The notes under the pieces were generated by a model that saw only the letters and a list, made by a program, of their open reading frames with translations, made no database searches and was not told the DNA's origin. A program made the translations under genes and the position numbers. Positions 36,055 to 46,193 of a stretch of DNA of 64,000 nt are shown here, in pieces. Each line of letters begins with the position of its first letter. Position 1 is the first letter of the stretch. Source of the stretch: Bdellovibrionales bacterium (GTDB lineage Bacteria; Bdellovibrionota; UBA1018; CAIMNF01); assembly GCA_040380025.1 (NCBI GenBank), contig JBEIJY010000003.1, positions 1 through 64,000 of the forward strand, read 5' to 3'.

Positions 36055-38279
36055 AGCAGATTCGACGATCGGGAAAATCATGGTTCGTTTTGTTGGCGGT
36101 GTTGTCGGCCAGCGCCTGCTCGAAGTGGCAGGTCGGCATGGGGTATGGCAGTTCCCCGAAACAGATCATCGCGATCGCCACAGGAGCCAATCACACCTGT
36201 GCCGTCGTGGATGGCGGGCTTCAGTGCTGGGGAAACAATCTCAATGCCCAGCTCGGCATTGGCGTGGCCGGAGGGGTTGCGATCAGCCCTGAGCAAGTCA
36301 TTCCTCCGAACAGCGGAGTCACCGCAGTCGCGTCGGGGGAGAATCACACCTGCGCTGTGGTGCGGGGCGGACTTCAGTGCTGGGGAAGTGATGCGGCCGG
36401 ACAGCTGGGAAATGGTGCGGCCACCGGGGTTGTTTTGAGCCCTTCAGAAATCCTTCCGCCGGACAGTGGTGTCACGGCAGTTGCTGCTGGTTCTTCTCAC
36501 ACCTGTGCCATCGTGAATGGAGACCTGAAGTGCTGGGGAAGAAATGATGCTGGTCAAATCGGAAACGGCGGATTGAATAACGTGCCCGCGGACGCCCCAA
36601 GCCCGGTCACTGTGATCTATGGCGGAGTCACCGCGGTGGCAGCGGGGGCATCGCATACCTGTGCCGTGGTGAATGGCGGGCTTCAGTGCTGGGGAAGTGA
36701 TGGTTCGGGCCAGCAGGGAAATGGAAATCCGACGAACAACGTTTTGATTCCCGTCCCTGTATCGGGTTTCGCGAGCGGAGTCACCGCAGTCGCGACGGGG
36801 GAGGTTCACACTTGCGCCGTCAGGAATGGCGGGCTTCATTGCTGGGGAAGTGACGGAAGCAATCAACTTGGAAATGGCGCGAACGGCAGTACCGACATCC
36901 CGGCGGCAATCTCCCCGCTCGACACCGGGGTCAGCTCGGTTGCGGCGGGACGGTTGCACACCTGCGCCGTTGTCAATGGTGGGCTTCAGTGCTGGGGAAG
37001 CGATAGTTTTGGTCAGCTCGGAAACATCCCCGATGCGAATTCCGAAAGCCCGGCAGAAATCCTTCCTGCGAATAGCGGAGTCACCATGATCGCGGCGGGG
37101 GATTCGCACACCTGTGCCGTGGTGAATAACGGGATCCGGTGTTGGGGATCGGACGGATACGGACAAATCGGGAATGGGTTGCCGAACAGCTCTCTTACGG
37201 CGCCAAGCGCATCGATTGTAACTGGAATCACCGCGGTCGCGGCGGGCGAGTCTCACAGCTGTGCCGTGGTGAATGGCGGTCTTCAGTGCTGGGGAAGCAA
37301 CAGTATTGGTCAGCTTGGAACTGGTGCGACCGGAGGCAATTCCACCACTCCTGCGCAGATCATTCCGCCGAGTAGCCAGGTCACCGCGGTCGCGGTCGGA
37401 GATGCTCATACCTGTGCCGTGGTGAATGGCGGTCTTCAGTGTTGGGGAAGTGATCAAAGAGGTCAGCTCGGAAATGGCTTAGGTTCTAGCAACCCCAACC
37501 CCGAGCAGATCATTCCGATCAACAGTGGGGTCACTGCAGTCGCGGCGGGGGCATCGCATACCTGTGCTGTGGTGAATGGCGGTCTTCAGTGCTGGGGAAG
37601 TGATAGCTCTGGTCAGCAGGGGAATGGCATTCCGACGGGCAACGTAACCAGCCCTGCTCCGATCTTTCCGCCGGGTAGTCAAGTCACCGCCGTCGCGGCG
37701 GGTTCCTCTCATACCTGTGCCGTGGTGAATGGCGGGCTTCAATGCTGGGGAAGTGATGGTTCGGGTCAGCAGGGGAATGGCAATCCGACGGGCAATGTAA
37801 CCAGCCCTGCTTCGATTTTTCCGTCGGGTAGCCAAGTCATCGCCGTCGCGGCGGGGACATCGCATACCTGTGCCGTGGTGAACGGCGGGCTTCAGTGCTG
37901 GGGGAATGATAACTTTGGTCAGCTCGGAAACGCTGCGGGGGGGGATGTCAATAGCCCCATGGAAATCATTCCGCTGAATAGCGGAGTCACCGCAGTCGCG
38001 ACGGGTTTGTATCATAGCTGCGCGATTCGGAGTGGGGCTCTCCAATGTTGGGGAGGAGACAGCTTCGGTCAGCAGGGGAATGGCAATCCAACAGGAAACG
38101 TGGACAGCCCTGTGACTGTGCCTGGTTTCGCGACCGGAACCGCCGCGCTGGCGACAGGTGCGAACCACACCTGTGCCGTGGCGAACGGTGTACTGCGGTG
38201 CTGGGGACGAAACTTATTGGGCCAGCTCGGAATCGGAGAAGACGGAATCGTCCGGTCTCCGGTGGCGATCAGCCTGTAG
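36042..38279 (+). CDS. RCC1/BLIP-II repeat lipoprotein (14 repeats)
   Basis: Lipobox-like SASAC; 14 copies of V.AG..H[TS]CA...G.L.CWG.(N/D)..GQ.G. Confidence 0.9.
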   Translation: MGVLKQIRRSGKSWFVLLAVLSASACSKWQVGMGYGSSPKQIIAIATGANHTCAVVDGGLQCWGNNLNAQLGIGVAGGVAISPEQVIPPNSGVTAVASGENHTCAVVRGGLQCWGSDAAGQLGNGAATGVVLSPSEILPPDSGVTAVAAGSSHTCAIVNGDLKCWGRNDAGQIGNGGLNNVPADAPSPVTVIYGGVTAVAAGASHTCAVVNGGLQCWGSDGSGQQGNGNPTNNVLIPVPVSGFASGVTAVATGEVHTCAVRNGGLHCWGSDGSNQLGNGANGSTDIPAAISPLDTGVSSVAAGRLHTCAVVNGGLQCWGSDSFGQLGNIPDANSESPAEILPANSGVTMIAAGDSHTCAVVNNGIRCWGSDGYGQIGNGLPNSSLTAPSASIVTGITAVAAGESHSCAVVNGGLQCWGSNSIGQLGTGATGGNSTTPAQIIPPSSQVTAVAVGDAHTCAVVNGGLQCWGSDQRGQLGNGLGSSNPNPEQIIPINSGVTAVAAGASHTCAVVNGGLQCWGSDSSGQQGNGIPTGNVTSPAPIFPPGSQVTAVAAGSSHTCAVVNGGLQCWGSDGSGQQGNGNPTGNVTSPASIFPSGSQVIAVAAGTSHTCAVVNGGLQCWGNDNFGQLGNAAGGDVNSPMEIIPLNSGVTAVATGLYHSCAIRSGALQCWGGDSFGQQGNGNPTGNVDSPVTVPGFATGTAALATGANHTCAVANGVLRCWGRNLLGQLGIGEDGIVRSPVAISL

Positions 38280-38316
38280 CGGTTCGCGAGATCACCTCTG
38301 CAAACGGAGCGAGCGA

Positions 38317-39084
38317 TCAAAACTCCCCGCGCACGCCGAGGGTCAGGTAGTGAAGCCAGGCGAAGCTGTACACCTCGTCGTTTGAGGCACCGCCTTCGAG
38401 CGTGCGGTAGCCGCCAAAGCCCGAAAAGCGGGTGCCGGGGATTTTTCGCTCCAGAAAAAACGCGGCATCGAACGCACGGCCCTGAGGGGCCGCGAGTCCG
38501 TCGAGGTCGAAGCGAAACCGCCATTCCGCAACGAGCGCACGACTCGCCCGAAAATTCAAAAGCGGCACGAAGCCCACGTTCTTCTTACTCCTGCTCAACC
38601 CGCCTTGTTCGAGCCTGACTTCGGCATCGCGGATTTTCGCCGTGAACCCGAGGCCGAGGTCCCACCCCCCGATCGGATCAAAAAAATAAGTGTAGGTGAG
38701 GCGGTAAGAGTTGAACTTGTAAAACGCGGCCGTGGGAGTGTCTGCGGCGAAGGTCGAACCCATGAAGTCGATCGGGTTCGCGAAGCGCGCATTCAAATCG
38801 ACCGAAAACGGCGCATAAAGGGCGCGGATCTCGTGTTTTTGGTTCCAACGGTGTCCGACATAAACCCGATAGGTCCCGAAGGGCCCGGTCTCGGGGTCGC
38901 TCAACGAAAAGCGCGTGCCACCGACCCCCGGAATGGCCTGCTCATTGCGAGTCTGCCAGGTGAGCGCACCCTCGAGCGAGGCATAGGTGAGCCCCTCTGC
39001 GCGCGCCTCGAGTCGGGTCGAAAGCAATCCAAGGAGCGCCCAAAAAAATGCCGCAAAACCGAAGGCAGGGATCGTGTTTCTCAT
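38317..39084 (-). CDS. Outer-membrane beta-barrel protein
   Basis: Signal peptide from ATG 39084, amphipathic strands (SYRLTYTY, GYRTLEGG), C-terminal Phe. Confidence 0.7.
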   Translation of the reverse strand: MRNTIPAFGFAAFFWALLGLLSTRLEARAEGLTYASLEGALTWQTRNEQAIPGVGGTRFSLSDPETGPFGTYRVYVGHRWNQKHEIRALYAPFSVDLNARFANPIDFMGSTFAADTPTAAFYKFNSYRLTYTYFFDPIGGWDLGLGFTAKIRDAEVRLEQGGLSRSKKNVGFVPLLNFRASRALVAEWRFRFDLDGLAAPQGRAFDAAFFLERKIPGTRFSGFGGYRTLEGGASNDEVYSFAWLHYLTLGVRGEF

Positions 39085-39214
39085 GGCCCCGAAGAGTATA
39101 CGAAAAAGTGCTTTGGTGTCGAGCAGACCCGCCTGGGCGAATGCCCGTTCTGCCTTCCTTTCGAGCGGTTTCGGAGCTTGATCGGGCGGGGAATCTGGGA
39201 TATGGTTCGCCCGC

Positions 39215-40414
39215 ATGAAAAAGGTGCTTTTGATCGGCTGCGGAATGCAATCCTACGGGGCTGCGCTGGATCTCCTCCGCTTCGGAAACCCCGAAGAGCT
39301 GATCCTGGCCGATGCCGTTCCGGCGACGACCGCAAAGCTCGCGGAGTTTTTAAAAAAGCACACCAAGCCCAAGATTCTCACTCCAATCGCACTCGATGCG
39401 TCTGATGCTCAGGCCGTGATTGTGGCCGCAAAGGGCTGTGATCTCATCCTGAACGCGGCCCCGTATCGCTTTGCGCTCGACATCACGAAAGCCGCGATCG
39501 CGGCGCGGGTCCCGATGGTGGACCTCGGCGGCGATACCGACATGGTTCTGCGCCAGCTGGCTCTTTCGGACGACGCAAAGGCCGCCGGCATCACGATCAT
39601 TCCGGACTGCGGGATGGGGCCCGGAATGACCAACATCACCGTCGGTCATGCAATCGATGTCCTTGATGTCGCCGATACGATCATCACGCGCGACGGGGGG
39701 ATTCCGCTCCGGCCCGAGCCGCCTCTTGGTTATCATTTGGTGTTCGCGATCGAGACCCTCGTGAACGAATACACCGGAATGACCACCCAGCTCCGGAATG
39801 GCGAGCTCGTGCAGATCGCCCCGATGACCGAGATCGAAGAGTGCACCCTCCCCGTGGTCGGACGGGTCGAGGCCACCCACGGAATGGGCATGCTCTCGAC
39901 ACTTCCATGGACCTACCGCGGCCGGGTTCGAAATCTCGAGAACAAGTTTGTCCGCTACCCCGGGCACTTCGCGTTCTGGAAGACCTTGCGCGATGCCGGG
40001 TTCTTCTCGCGCGAGACAGTCCAGACCGAAGCCGGTCCGTCCGAGCCGCGTGCGCTCACCAAGGCCCTGCTCGAACGGTTCTTGATGCCCAAAGGCGGCG
40101 AGCAGGATGTGTCGATCATCCAGACGATCTCGGAGGGAACCAAAGACGGCAAAGCGGTTCGAGTCGAGCACCTCATTTGTGACCGTTCGGATGCGGCGAC
40201 CGGGCTCACCTCGATGCAGCGAACGACCGGGTTCACCGCTTCGATCGTCGGGCAAATGATCGTGGCCAAAGAGATTCAGCAAAAAGGAGTGCTTCCTCCC
40301 GAGCTCGCCGTGCCCAAGATGGCGTTTTTCGGGGCGATTCAAAAGCGGGGCATTCAGTTCGAGTGGCGCATCACCGACCGGGATTCCGTCCCGACGACCA
40401 GGAGCGGTTCATGA
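39215..40414 (+). CDS. Saccharopine dehydrogenase / lysine 6-dehydrogenase family protein
   Basis: Rossmann start VLLIGCG, DLGG, PDCGMGPG.TN, GGIP, RYPGH, MQRTTG. Confidence 0.88.
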   Translation: MKKVLLIGCGMQSYGAALDLLRFGNPEELILADAVPATTAKLAEFLKKHTKPKILTPIALDASDAQAVIVAAKGCDLILNAAPYRFALDITKAAIAARVPMVDLGGDTDMVLRQLALSDDAKAAGITIIPDCGMGPGMTNITVGHAIDVLDVADTIITRDGGIPLRPEPPLGYHLVFAIETLVNEYTGMTTQLRNGELVQIAPMTEIEECTLPVVGRVEATHGMGMLSTLPWTYRGRVRNLENKFVRYPGHFAFWKTLRDAGFFSRETVQTEAGPSEPRALTKALLERFLMPKGGEQDVSIIQTISEGTKDGKAVRVEHLICDRSDAATGLTSMQRTTGFTASIVGQMIVAKEIQQKGVLPPELAVPKMAFFGAIQKRGIQFEWRITDRDSVPTTRSGS

Positions 40415-41466
40415 AGGAGCGGTTTCCGAACGTCTCCCGTTGGATTCTGCCGTTCTTGGTTCTTCCGGCTTTCGCTTGGGCCGGGCCCCATGGGAACAAC
40501 CCCTGCGCGGAGCTCCTCCTGCGGGCCGTGGTCGAAAATCACGGGGTGAATGAGCAGTTTCCGAGAGGGTTCAGCCGGCACCGGACGCTCCTTGATTATC
40601 TTCGGATGTTTCCGGCCGAGGTGGGCGAGAAGATCGCGAACCTCGGGCCCGAGGATGTGATTCTCGAGGCGGGTTCGGGCGAGGGGGTGGCGGCCGAGCA
40701 GATTCTTCTGCGCAAGCTGGAAGGTCTGCTCCTGAACGAAGAAGAGATGTTCGAGCGCACGAAGGTCACCTGGGAGCTGGCAACCGACCCCTCCGCGGTT
40801 CTGAAGCGGATCGGAGCAAAACCCCTTCGGGACAGGCCCACCGTGATTGCGGTTTCGAAAGAAATGGAGCGCACCCTCGATGTGACTCCCTACCAGGGAA
40901 AGCTCATCGTGAACACGGGGCGGTTCTTCGAGGACATTCCCGCAGAAGAGCTCGGGCGTCCGAAGCTGATTCTCGATGCGATCGGGGTCATGTCGTACAC
41001 CGCGCACCCGACCGAGGTGCTCGAGCGGTATCTCGAGATCCTCCAGCCGGAGGGCGATATTTATCTTTTCATGGATCTCGCGCGGGTCGAGATCGAGCTT
41101 CGCAAGGGGCAAACGGTCGCCGAGGGCATCGAGGCGATGCGGTTCCTGAGGCCCGTGTACGCAAACCAGCCTCGTTGGATCGTCAAAGACGGACATGGCG
41201 CGAGCAAGTGGCTCCATTATTGGTTGCTGTCTCTTGATCAGCCGGGCCTCTCGGTCGAGGCGCTCGAGTCGCGGATGGTTCTTGGTTTTTTCGAGGGTCA
41301 AAAAAAGCATCTGCGCGAGAACCGGTATTTGACGATTCACATGAAGAAAACCGGCAAGGGCAAGATCAAGATTCCCCAGCTGACGCTCGAAGCGGCGGAA
41401 TTCGAATTGAATCCTCCGAGCCGGACCTTCCTTCAGCACGGCCCCCTGCCGCGCCGGCGGCACTGA
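40411..41466 (+). CDS. Secreted protein with class I SAM-methyltransferase-like motifs
   Basis: Signal peptide (..LPAFAWA), VILEAGSGEG motif I, LILDAIGVMSY, L.P.G.IY. Confidence 0.55.
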   Translation: MKERFPNVSRWILPFLVLPAFAWAGPHGNNPCAELLLRAVVENHGVNEQFPRGFSRHRTLLDYLRMFPAEVGEKIANLGPEDVILEAGSGEGVAAEQILLRKLEGLLLNEEEMFERTKVTWELATDPSAVLKRIGAKPLRDRPTVIAVSKEMERTLDVTPYQGKLIVNTGRFFEDIPAEELGRPKLILDAIGVMSYTAHPTEVLERYLEILQPEGDIYLFMDLARVEIELRKGQTVAEGIEAMRFLRPVYANQPRWIVKDGHGASKWLHYWLLSLDQPGLSVEALESRMVLGFFEGQKKHLRENRYLTIHMKKTGKGKIKIPQLTLEAAEFELNPPSRTFLQHGPLPRRRH

Positions 41467-41514
41467 TTCCAAATGGTTTTTTTTGAATCCCGAACCTGCT
41501 AGCATCCTGAGAAA

Positions 41515-42741
41515 GTGACGCTACCGATCTGGTTTGCTCCTCTCTTGGTTTTGTTCGTTCTTCCACACTCCTCTGGCGCTTCCTTGCGCATGGACGAGAT
41601 CGGCGCCCTGGCCCGCGCCCATTCCCCGGCACTGAAGGCCCGTGAGCTCGAGACGAAAGCACTCGGGCATGAGGCCGGTTTTCGGGGCAAGTGGCAGAAT
41701 CCCGTGCTCTCGACCCAATTCGGAGGGCTCAGCTCCGGAAGCACCTCGGGGCCGACCTTCGAGGTGAGTCTCACGCAGGCGGTTCCGGTGACGAACCGGT
41801 TTTCGCTCAAGCGCGAACTCGCCGAAAAGACGCTCGAAAATCAGATTCTCTCGAAGAGCCGCTTCGAGAACTGGGTAGAGCATCAGGCACTTCTGGCCGC
41901 TTGGAAGGCGCGGGTTCAGCTGGAGTTGTATTCCCACGGAGTCGAGCGCGCCGAGCGGGTTCGACTGATCGAGCGGTATCTCGCCGCATCTCCGCGCGCT
42001 TCCGTTCGACAAAAGGTCGAGCTCTCGGTGGTTTCGGGGGTGGTGCTCCAGCTCCAGCGCGAGCTCGACCGAAAAGAATTTGAACTCAAAAAAGCCGAAG
42101 ACGAGTTTTCGTTCTGGATCGGCCGCGAAGCGAAGGCCGGCGAGATCATCGGGGCGATCCCGTCTCCCGATCGGGTTCGCATGCCCCCCGAGGGGACTCA
42201 CGAAAAAGACCCGGAATGGCTCGAAGCACGCCGGAACCTCGATCTGGCCGGTCTCGAAGCACGAATCGCGGCCAAAGAGCGATGGCCCGATTTGATTGTG
42301 GGAGCAGGGTACCGCATCGAGCGCGTGAGCCCGGCGAATCAGTTTTCGTACGGGATTTTGGGCCTCTCGCTCCCTCTCTGGGACACCGGTGCATCGCGGA
42401 GCGAGGCCGCGAGGGCGCGACTTGTGAAGTCCGGTTTCGAGCTCGAAGAGGCCGAGCGCAGAGTCCGCTGGAAGCACCTTCGGCAGCTCGAACAGGCGCG
42501 GTTCGACCTCTTGCAAGTAAAGCGGTTTTCGATTGCGCTCGTGCCCGGCCGCGAGAAGACCATCCGTGAGGCCGAGCAGGGGTTCAAGCAAAAACTCATC
42601 GATGTGAACACCTTCGTACAGGCCGAGACCCAGACCCATGAGGTGCTCGATCAGATTTATCTGAGCTGGCATGCGTATCTGGAGAGCCTGAGCGCGCTCT
42701 TGCTCATGCAGGACGAGCCGTTCCGCTGGGAGAAACCATGA
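41515..42741 (+). CDS. TolC/CzcC-family outer-membrane efflux factor
   Basis: Signal peptide, NP.L...SLTQ.VP and PDL..G....GLSLPLWD repeats; translationally coupled to an RND gene. Confidence 0.8.
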   Translation: MTLPIWFAPLLVLFVLPHSSGASLRMDEIGALARAHSPALKARELETKALGHEAGFRGKWQNPVLSTQFGGLSSGSTSGPTFEVSLTQAVPVTNRFSLKRELAEKTLENQILSKSRFENWVEHQALLAAWKARVQLELYSHGVERAERVRLIERYLAASPRASVRQKVELSVVSGVVLQLQRELDRKEFELKKAEDEFSFWIGREAKAGEIIGAIPSPDRVRMPPEGTHEKDPEWLEARRNLDLAGLEARIAAKERWPDLIVGAGYRIERVSPANQFSYGILGLSLPLWDTGASRSEAARARLVKSGFELEEAERRVRWKHLRQLEQARFDLLQVKRFSIALVPGREKTIREAEQGFKQKLIDVNTFVQAETQTHEVLDQIYLSWHAYLESLSALLLMQDEPFRWEKP

Positions 42742-45700
42742 GCAAGCCGCATCCTTTGTTCCGGCTGATCGACTGGGCGCTTGCGAATCCGCTCCTGGTG
42801 CTCGGGGCCTCTTTTGCGCTCGCCGTGGCGGGCATCAAAAAGGCCCCGGACCTTGCGATCGATGCCGTACCGGACATCACGCAAGTGCAAGTGGTCGTGA
42901 ATACCAAGACGCGCGGGCTCGACCCCGAGAAGGTCGAGCTTTCGGTTACCCAGCCCATCGAGTACGAGGTGATGGGAATCCCGGGGCTTCATGATCTGCG
43001 CTCGATCTCGAAGTCCGGGTTGTCGCAGGTGACTTTGGTATTCGACGAGGGAACCGACATTTACTGGGCACGCCAACAGGTGGGCGAGCGCCTGCAAACG
43101 GCCCTGGGCATGCTTCCCGAGGGCCTCCAACCCGAGCTCGCCCCGATCACCACGGGGCTGGGCGAGGTGTTCATGTACTCGCTCACGCTGAAGCCCGATT
43201 CTCCGCTCCGGTCGAAGTCGAAGCTCGATCAGTTGCTGTATCTGCGCGAAATCCAGGAGTTCGAAGTCCGGCCGCTCCTTCGCCGCATCCGGGGCGTGGC
43301 GGATGTCGACAGCAACGGCGGCTTCAAAAAAGAACTCCATGTGAATCTGCTTCCCGAAAAAATGGTGCGCCACGGACTCACCCTCGACCGGATCCGCGAC
43401 CGGATCGACGGCATCGGTGAAAGCTCGGGCGGAGGCACGATCGAATCGGATGCGAAGGCATTGATTGTCCGCTCCTCGAGCCCGGTCGAGAAGGCCGCCG
43501 ATCTGGAGCGCATGAGCCTCGGTGTTCGCTACAACGGAGATCGGGTTCTTTTGGGCGAGGTCGCCTCGATTCGAACCGACGGGCAACCGCGCCTCGGAGC
43601 GGCCACCGTCCGGGGCGAGGAGGCGGTGCTCGGAACGGTCCTCATGATGACCGGCGAGAACGGGCGGCGGGTGAGCCTCGAGGTCGATCACGCGCTCGAC
43701 AAGATCGAGCTTCCGCCGGATGTCGAGTTGTCGAGATTGTATTCGCGGGGATTCCTCGTGAATACCGTCTTGAAGACGGTACTCAAGAATCTGGCCGAAG
43801 GGGCGATTCTCGTCATGGCGGTGTTGCTCCTGGTCTTGGGGAATCTGCGGGCGGCCCTCCTGGTCTCGCTCGTGATTCCGCTCTCGATGCTCGGGACCGT
43901 GCTGTGCATGCAGGTTTTTGGAATCTCGGGAAATCTCATGAGCCTCGGAGCGATCGATTTCGGGTTGGTGGTCGATGGCGCGGTCGTGCTGATCGAGTCC
44001 CTGATCGCGGGCGCGGTGCTGAAGGCGGGAGCCGGCCGCACGAACGGCGAGGATCGGGAGCGTTCGCCCACCGAAACGCTCGCACTGCGCCTGAAGAGCG
44101 TCGTACGCCCGGTGGTGTTCGGTGTATTCCTGATCCTGCTCGTGTATCTGCCGATTCTTTTGCTCGAGGGGATCGAGGGAAAGATGTTCCGCCCCATGGC
44201 CCTCACGGTGATGATCACGCTCGCATGGGCGCTGTTTTTCACGCTGGTTTTGATTCCCGTGCTCGCTTCGCGATTCCTCCCCCTTGCGGTCCGCGAGTCG
44301 CTCTCGCACGAGACCCGGTTTTTTCGGGCCCTGAAAGCCGCATATGCCCCGATCCTTCGTTGGTCGGTCGAACACCCGACGCGCATCCTTGCCGGCGGGG
44401 CCGCGATCATCCTTGCGGGCCTCCTCGCATTCCGCTTCATGGGAATGGACTTCATTCCGAAACTCGACGAGGGCGATCTTGTCATCAATCTGACCCGCGA
44501 TGCGGGAATCTCGCTCACGGAGTCGGTTCGCCAGCAAACGCTGGTCGACCGGGCCTTGATGAGCGAGCCCGAGGTCGAGACGGTGTTCTCGCGGCTCGGG
44601 ACTCCGGAGTCCGCGACCGATCCGATGGGGGTGCATCTGGTCGACATGTTCGTGATCCTGAAGAAGGATCGGAGCCTCTGGACAGTGAAGACAAAGGACG
44701 AACTGTATCAAAAGCTCCACCGCACCATCGAGGCGCTCGGAATGAATCAGGAGATTTCGGCCAACCAGCCGATCGAGATGCGCTTCAACGAAATGCTCGA
44801 AGGATCACGAGCCGATGTTTCGCTCCGGGTGATCGGGCCTGATCTTTCGTACCTCTTGACGACGATCGATGCGTTGACCTCGAAAATGAGCGGCATTGCC
44901 GGGCTCGAGAGCTCCGAGATGGATCCGCTCACTGCGCTCCGAAAGAGCGGGGTCATCGAGATCGCACCCAAGATTCCCGAACTCTCGCGACTCGATGTGA
45001 CCCTGCGGCAGTTCCACAACACCGTCGAGGGGTTCATGCAGGGGGTCCGGGTGGGGCAGTCGATTCAAGGAACGAGACGCTTCCCGATCGTGCTTCATCT
45101 TGACGAAGAACGCCGCGACCGCATCGAAGAAATCCGGAAGCTCCCCGTTGTGCTTCCGGACGGGGGCAGTGTTCCGCTCGATCAGTTGGCAGACATCCGA
45201 ATTGCCGAGAAATTCACCACGATTGCCCGGACCTGGGGCCAGCGGTATGCCGCAGTGGCCTTGAATCTCGGGGACCGCGACATCACCGGATTCGTCTCGG
45301 ATGTGAAGAAGATCCTCGCGCAGACCCCCCTGCGGAACGATCATCGCTATTCGCTCGGCGGCCAGTTCAATCATTTGGAGCGCGCGAAGCTCCGGCTCTG
45401 GCTCATCATTCCGGCGACTTTGTTGGTGATTTTCTTGCTTCTCTGGCGGGGCTTCGGGTGTTTTCGCGATGCGGGCATGGTGTTCCTGAGCATTCCCTTC
45501 GCGACCGTGGGAGGGATCTTCGCCCTGCTCCTCCGCGACATCCACCTGAGCCTCTCGGCCGCGATCGGGTTCATCGCATTGATCGGAATCGCGCTCTTGA
45601 ACGGAATCGTCCTGCTTTCGGTGTTCCGCGATCTCGCGCAGTCGCATCCGGGGCTCGGGGTGAAGGAGCGGGTGCTCGAGGGAACGCTCACGCGTCTCAG

Positions 45701-45884
45701 GCCCGTGATCATGACGGCGATGGTGGCTTCGATCGGGTTTTTGCCGATGGCGCTGAACACCGGCCTCGGGGCCGAGGTGCAGAGGCCTCTTGCCACGGTG
45801 GTCATCGGCGGGATTCTTTTTTCGACGGTGCTGACGCTGGTGGTGCTTCCGTCGGTGTATTTGCGCATTCACGAGCGATCGTGA
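42738..45884 (+). CDS. CzcA/CusA-family heavy-metal efflux RND permease
   Basis: IDAVPDIT..QV, NLMSLGAIDFG.VVDGAVV.IE, EGKMFRPMA, RLRPVIMTA, GAEVQRPLATVVIGG. Confidence 0.95.
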   Translation: MSKPHPLFRLIDWALANPLLVLGASFALAVAGIKKAPDLAIDAVPDITQVQVVVNTKTRGLDPEKVELSVTQPIEYEVMGIPGLHDLRSISKSGLSQVTLVFDEGTDIYWARQQVGERLQTALGMLPEGLQPELAPITTGLGEVFMYSLTLKPDSPLRSKSKLDQLLYLREIQEFEVRPLLRRIRGVADVDSNGGFKKELHVNLLPEKMVRHGLTLDRIRDRIDGIGESSGGGTIESDAKALIVRSSSPVEKAADLERMSLGVRYNGDRVLLGEVASIRTDGQPRLGAATVRGEEAVLGTVLMMTGENGRRVSLEVDHALDKIELPPDVELSRLYSRGFLVNTVLKTVLKNLAEGAILVMAVLLLVLGNLRAALLVSLVIPLSMLGTVLCMQVFGISGNLMSLGAIDFGLVVDGAVVLIESLIAGAVLKAGAGRTNGEDRERSPTETLALRLKSVVRPVVFGVFLILLVYLPILLLEGIEGKMFRPMALTVMITLAWALFFTLVLIPVLASRFLPLAVRESLSHETRFFRALKAAYAPILRWSVEHPTRILAGGAAIILAGLLAFRFMGMDFIPKLDEGDLVINLTRDAGISLTESVRQQTLVDRALMSEPEVETVFSRLGTPESATDPMGVHLVDMFVILKKDRSLWTVKTKDELYQKLHRTIEALGMNQEISANQPIEMRFNEMLEGSRADVSLRVIGPDLSYLLTTIDALTSKMSGIAGLESSEMDPLTALRKSGVIEIAPKIPELSRLDVTLRQFHNTVEGFMQGVRVGQSIQGTRRFPIVLHLDEERRDRIEEIRKLPVVLPDGGSVPLDQLADIRIAEKFTTIARTWGQRYAAVALNLGDRDITGFVSDVKKILAQTPLRNDHRYSLGGQFNHLERAKLRLWLIIPATLLVIFLLLWRGFGCFRDAGMVFLSIPFATVGGIFALLLRDIHLSLSAAIGFIALIGIALLNGIVLLSVFRDLAQSHPGLGVKERVLEGTLTRLRPVIMTAMVASIGFLPMALNTGLGAEVQRPLATVVIGGILFSTVLTLVVLPSVYLRIHERS

Positions 45885-45894
45885 ATCTTCGCGA

Positions 45895-46179
45895 CTACAA
45901 GATGTAAATCAGGTCGTTGATTTTTTTCGTCTCGACGGTCAGGGCGATGATCTCATCGGCGCTTCCTGCGCGGTAATCGTAGGTCAGGGCGAGATGATTG
46001 CCCGAGGCGCTCGAGCGCTCGCCGGTGCGGGAGAGTCCGATGAACTTGGTTTCGAACTCCGCAACCGATGTGCGGAAGATGGGGGAGTTTTTTCCGATGA
46101 ACTTGTGGGTGTAGGTGCACGGAAACAAATAGTTCTGTTCGAGGAGGGTCCTGAATTTCTGGAACGGATCTTGGGTCAT
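45895..46179 (-). CDS. DUF493 (YbeD-like) protein
   Basis: FPCTYTHKFIG...RSSASGNHLALT pattern. Confidence 0.75.
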   Translation of the reverse strand: MTQDPFQKFRTLLEQNYLFPCTYTHKFIGKNSPIFRTSVAEFETKFIGLSRTGERSSASGNHLALTYDYRAGSADEIIALTVETKKINDLIYIL

Positions 46180-46193
46180 GGGTGAGCTCGATG

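Noticed and set aside
36042..38279. Diversity-generating retroelement acting on the RCC1 repeats
   Set aside because: No reverse transcriptase, no non-coding template repeat, and differences are not adenine-specific
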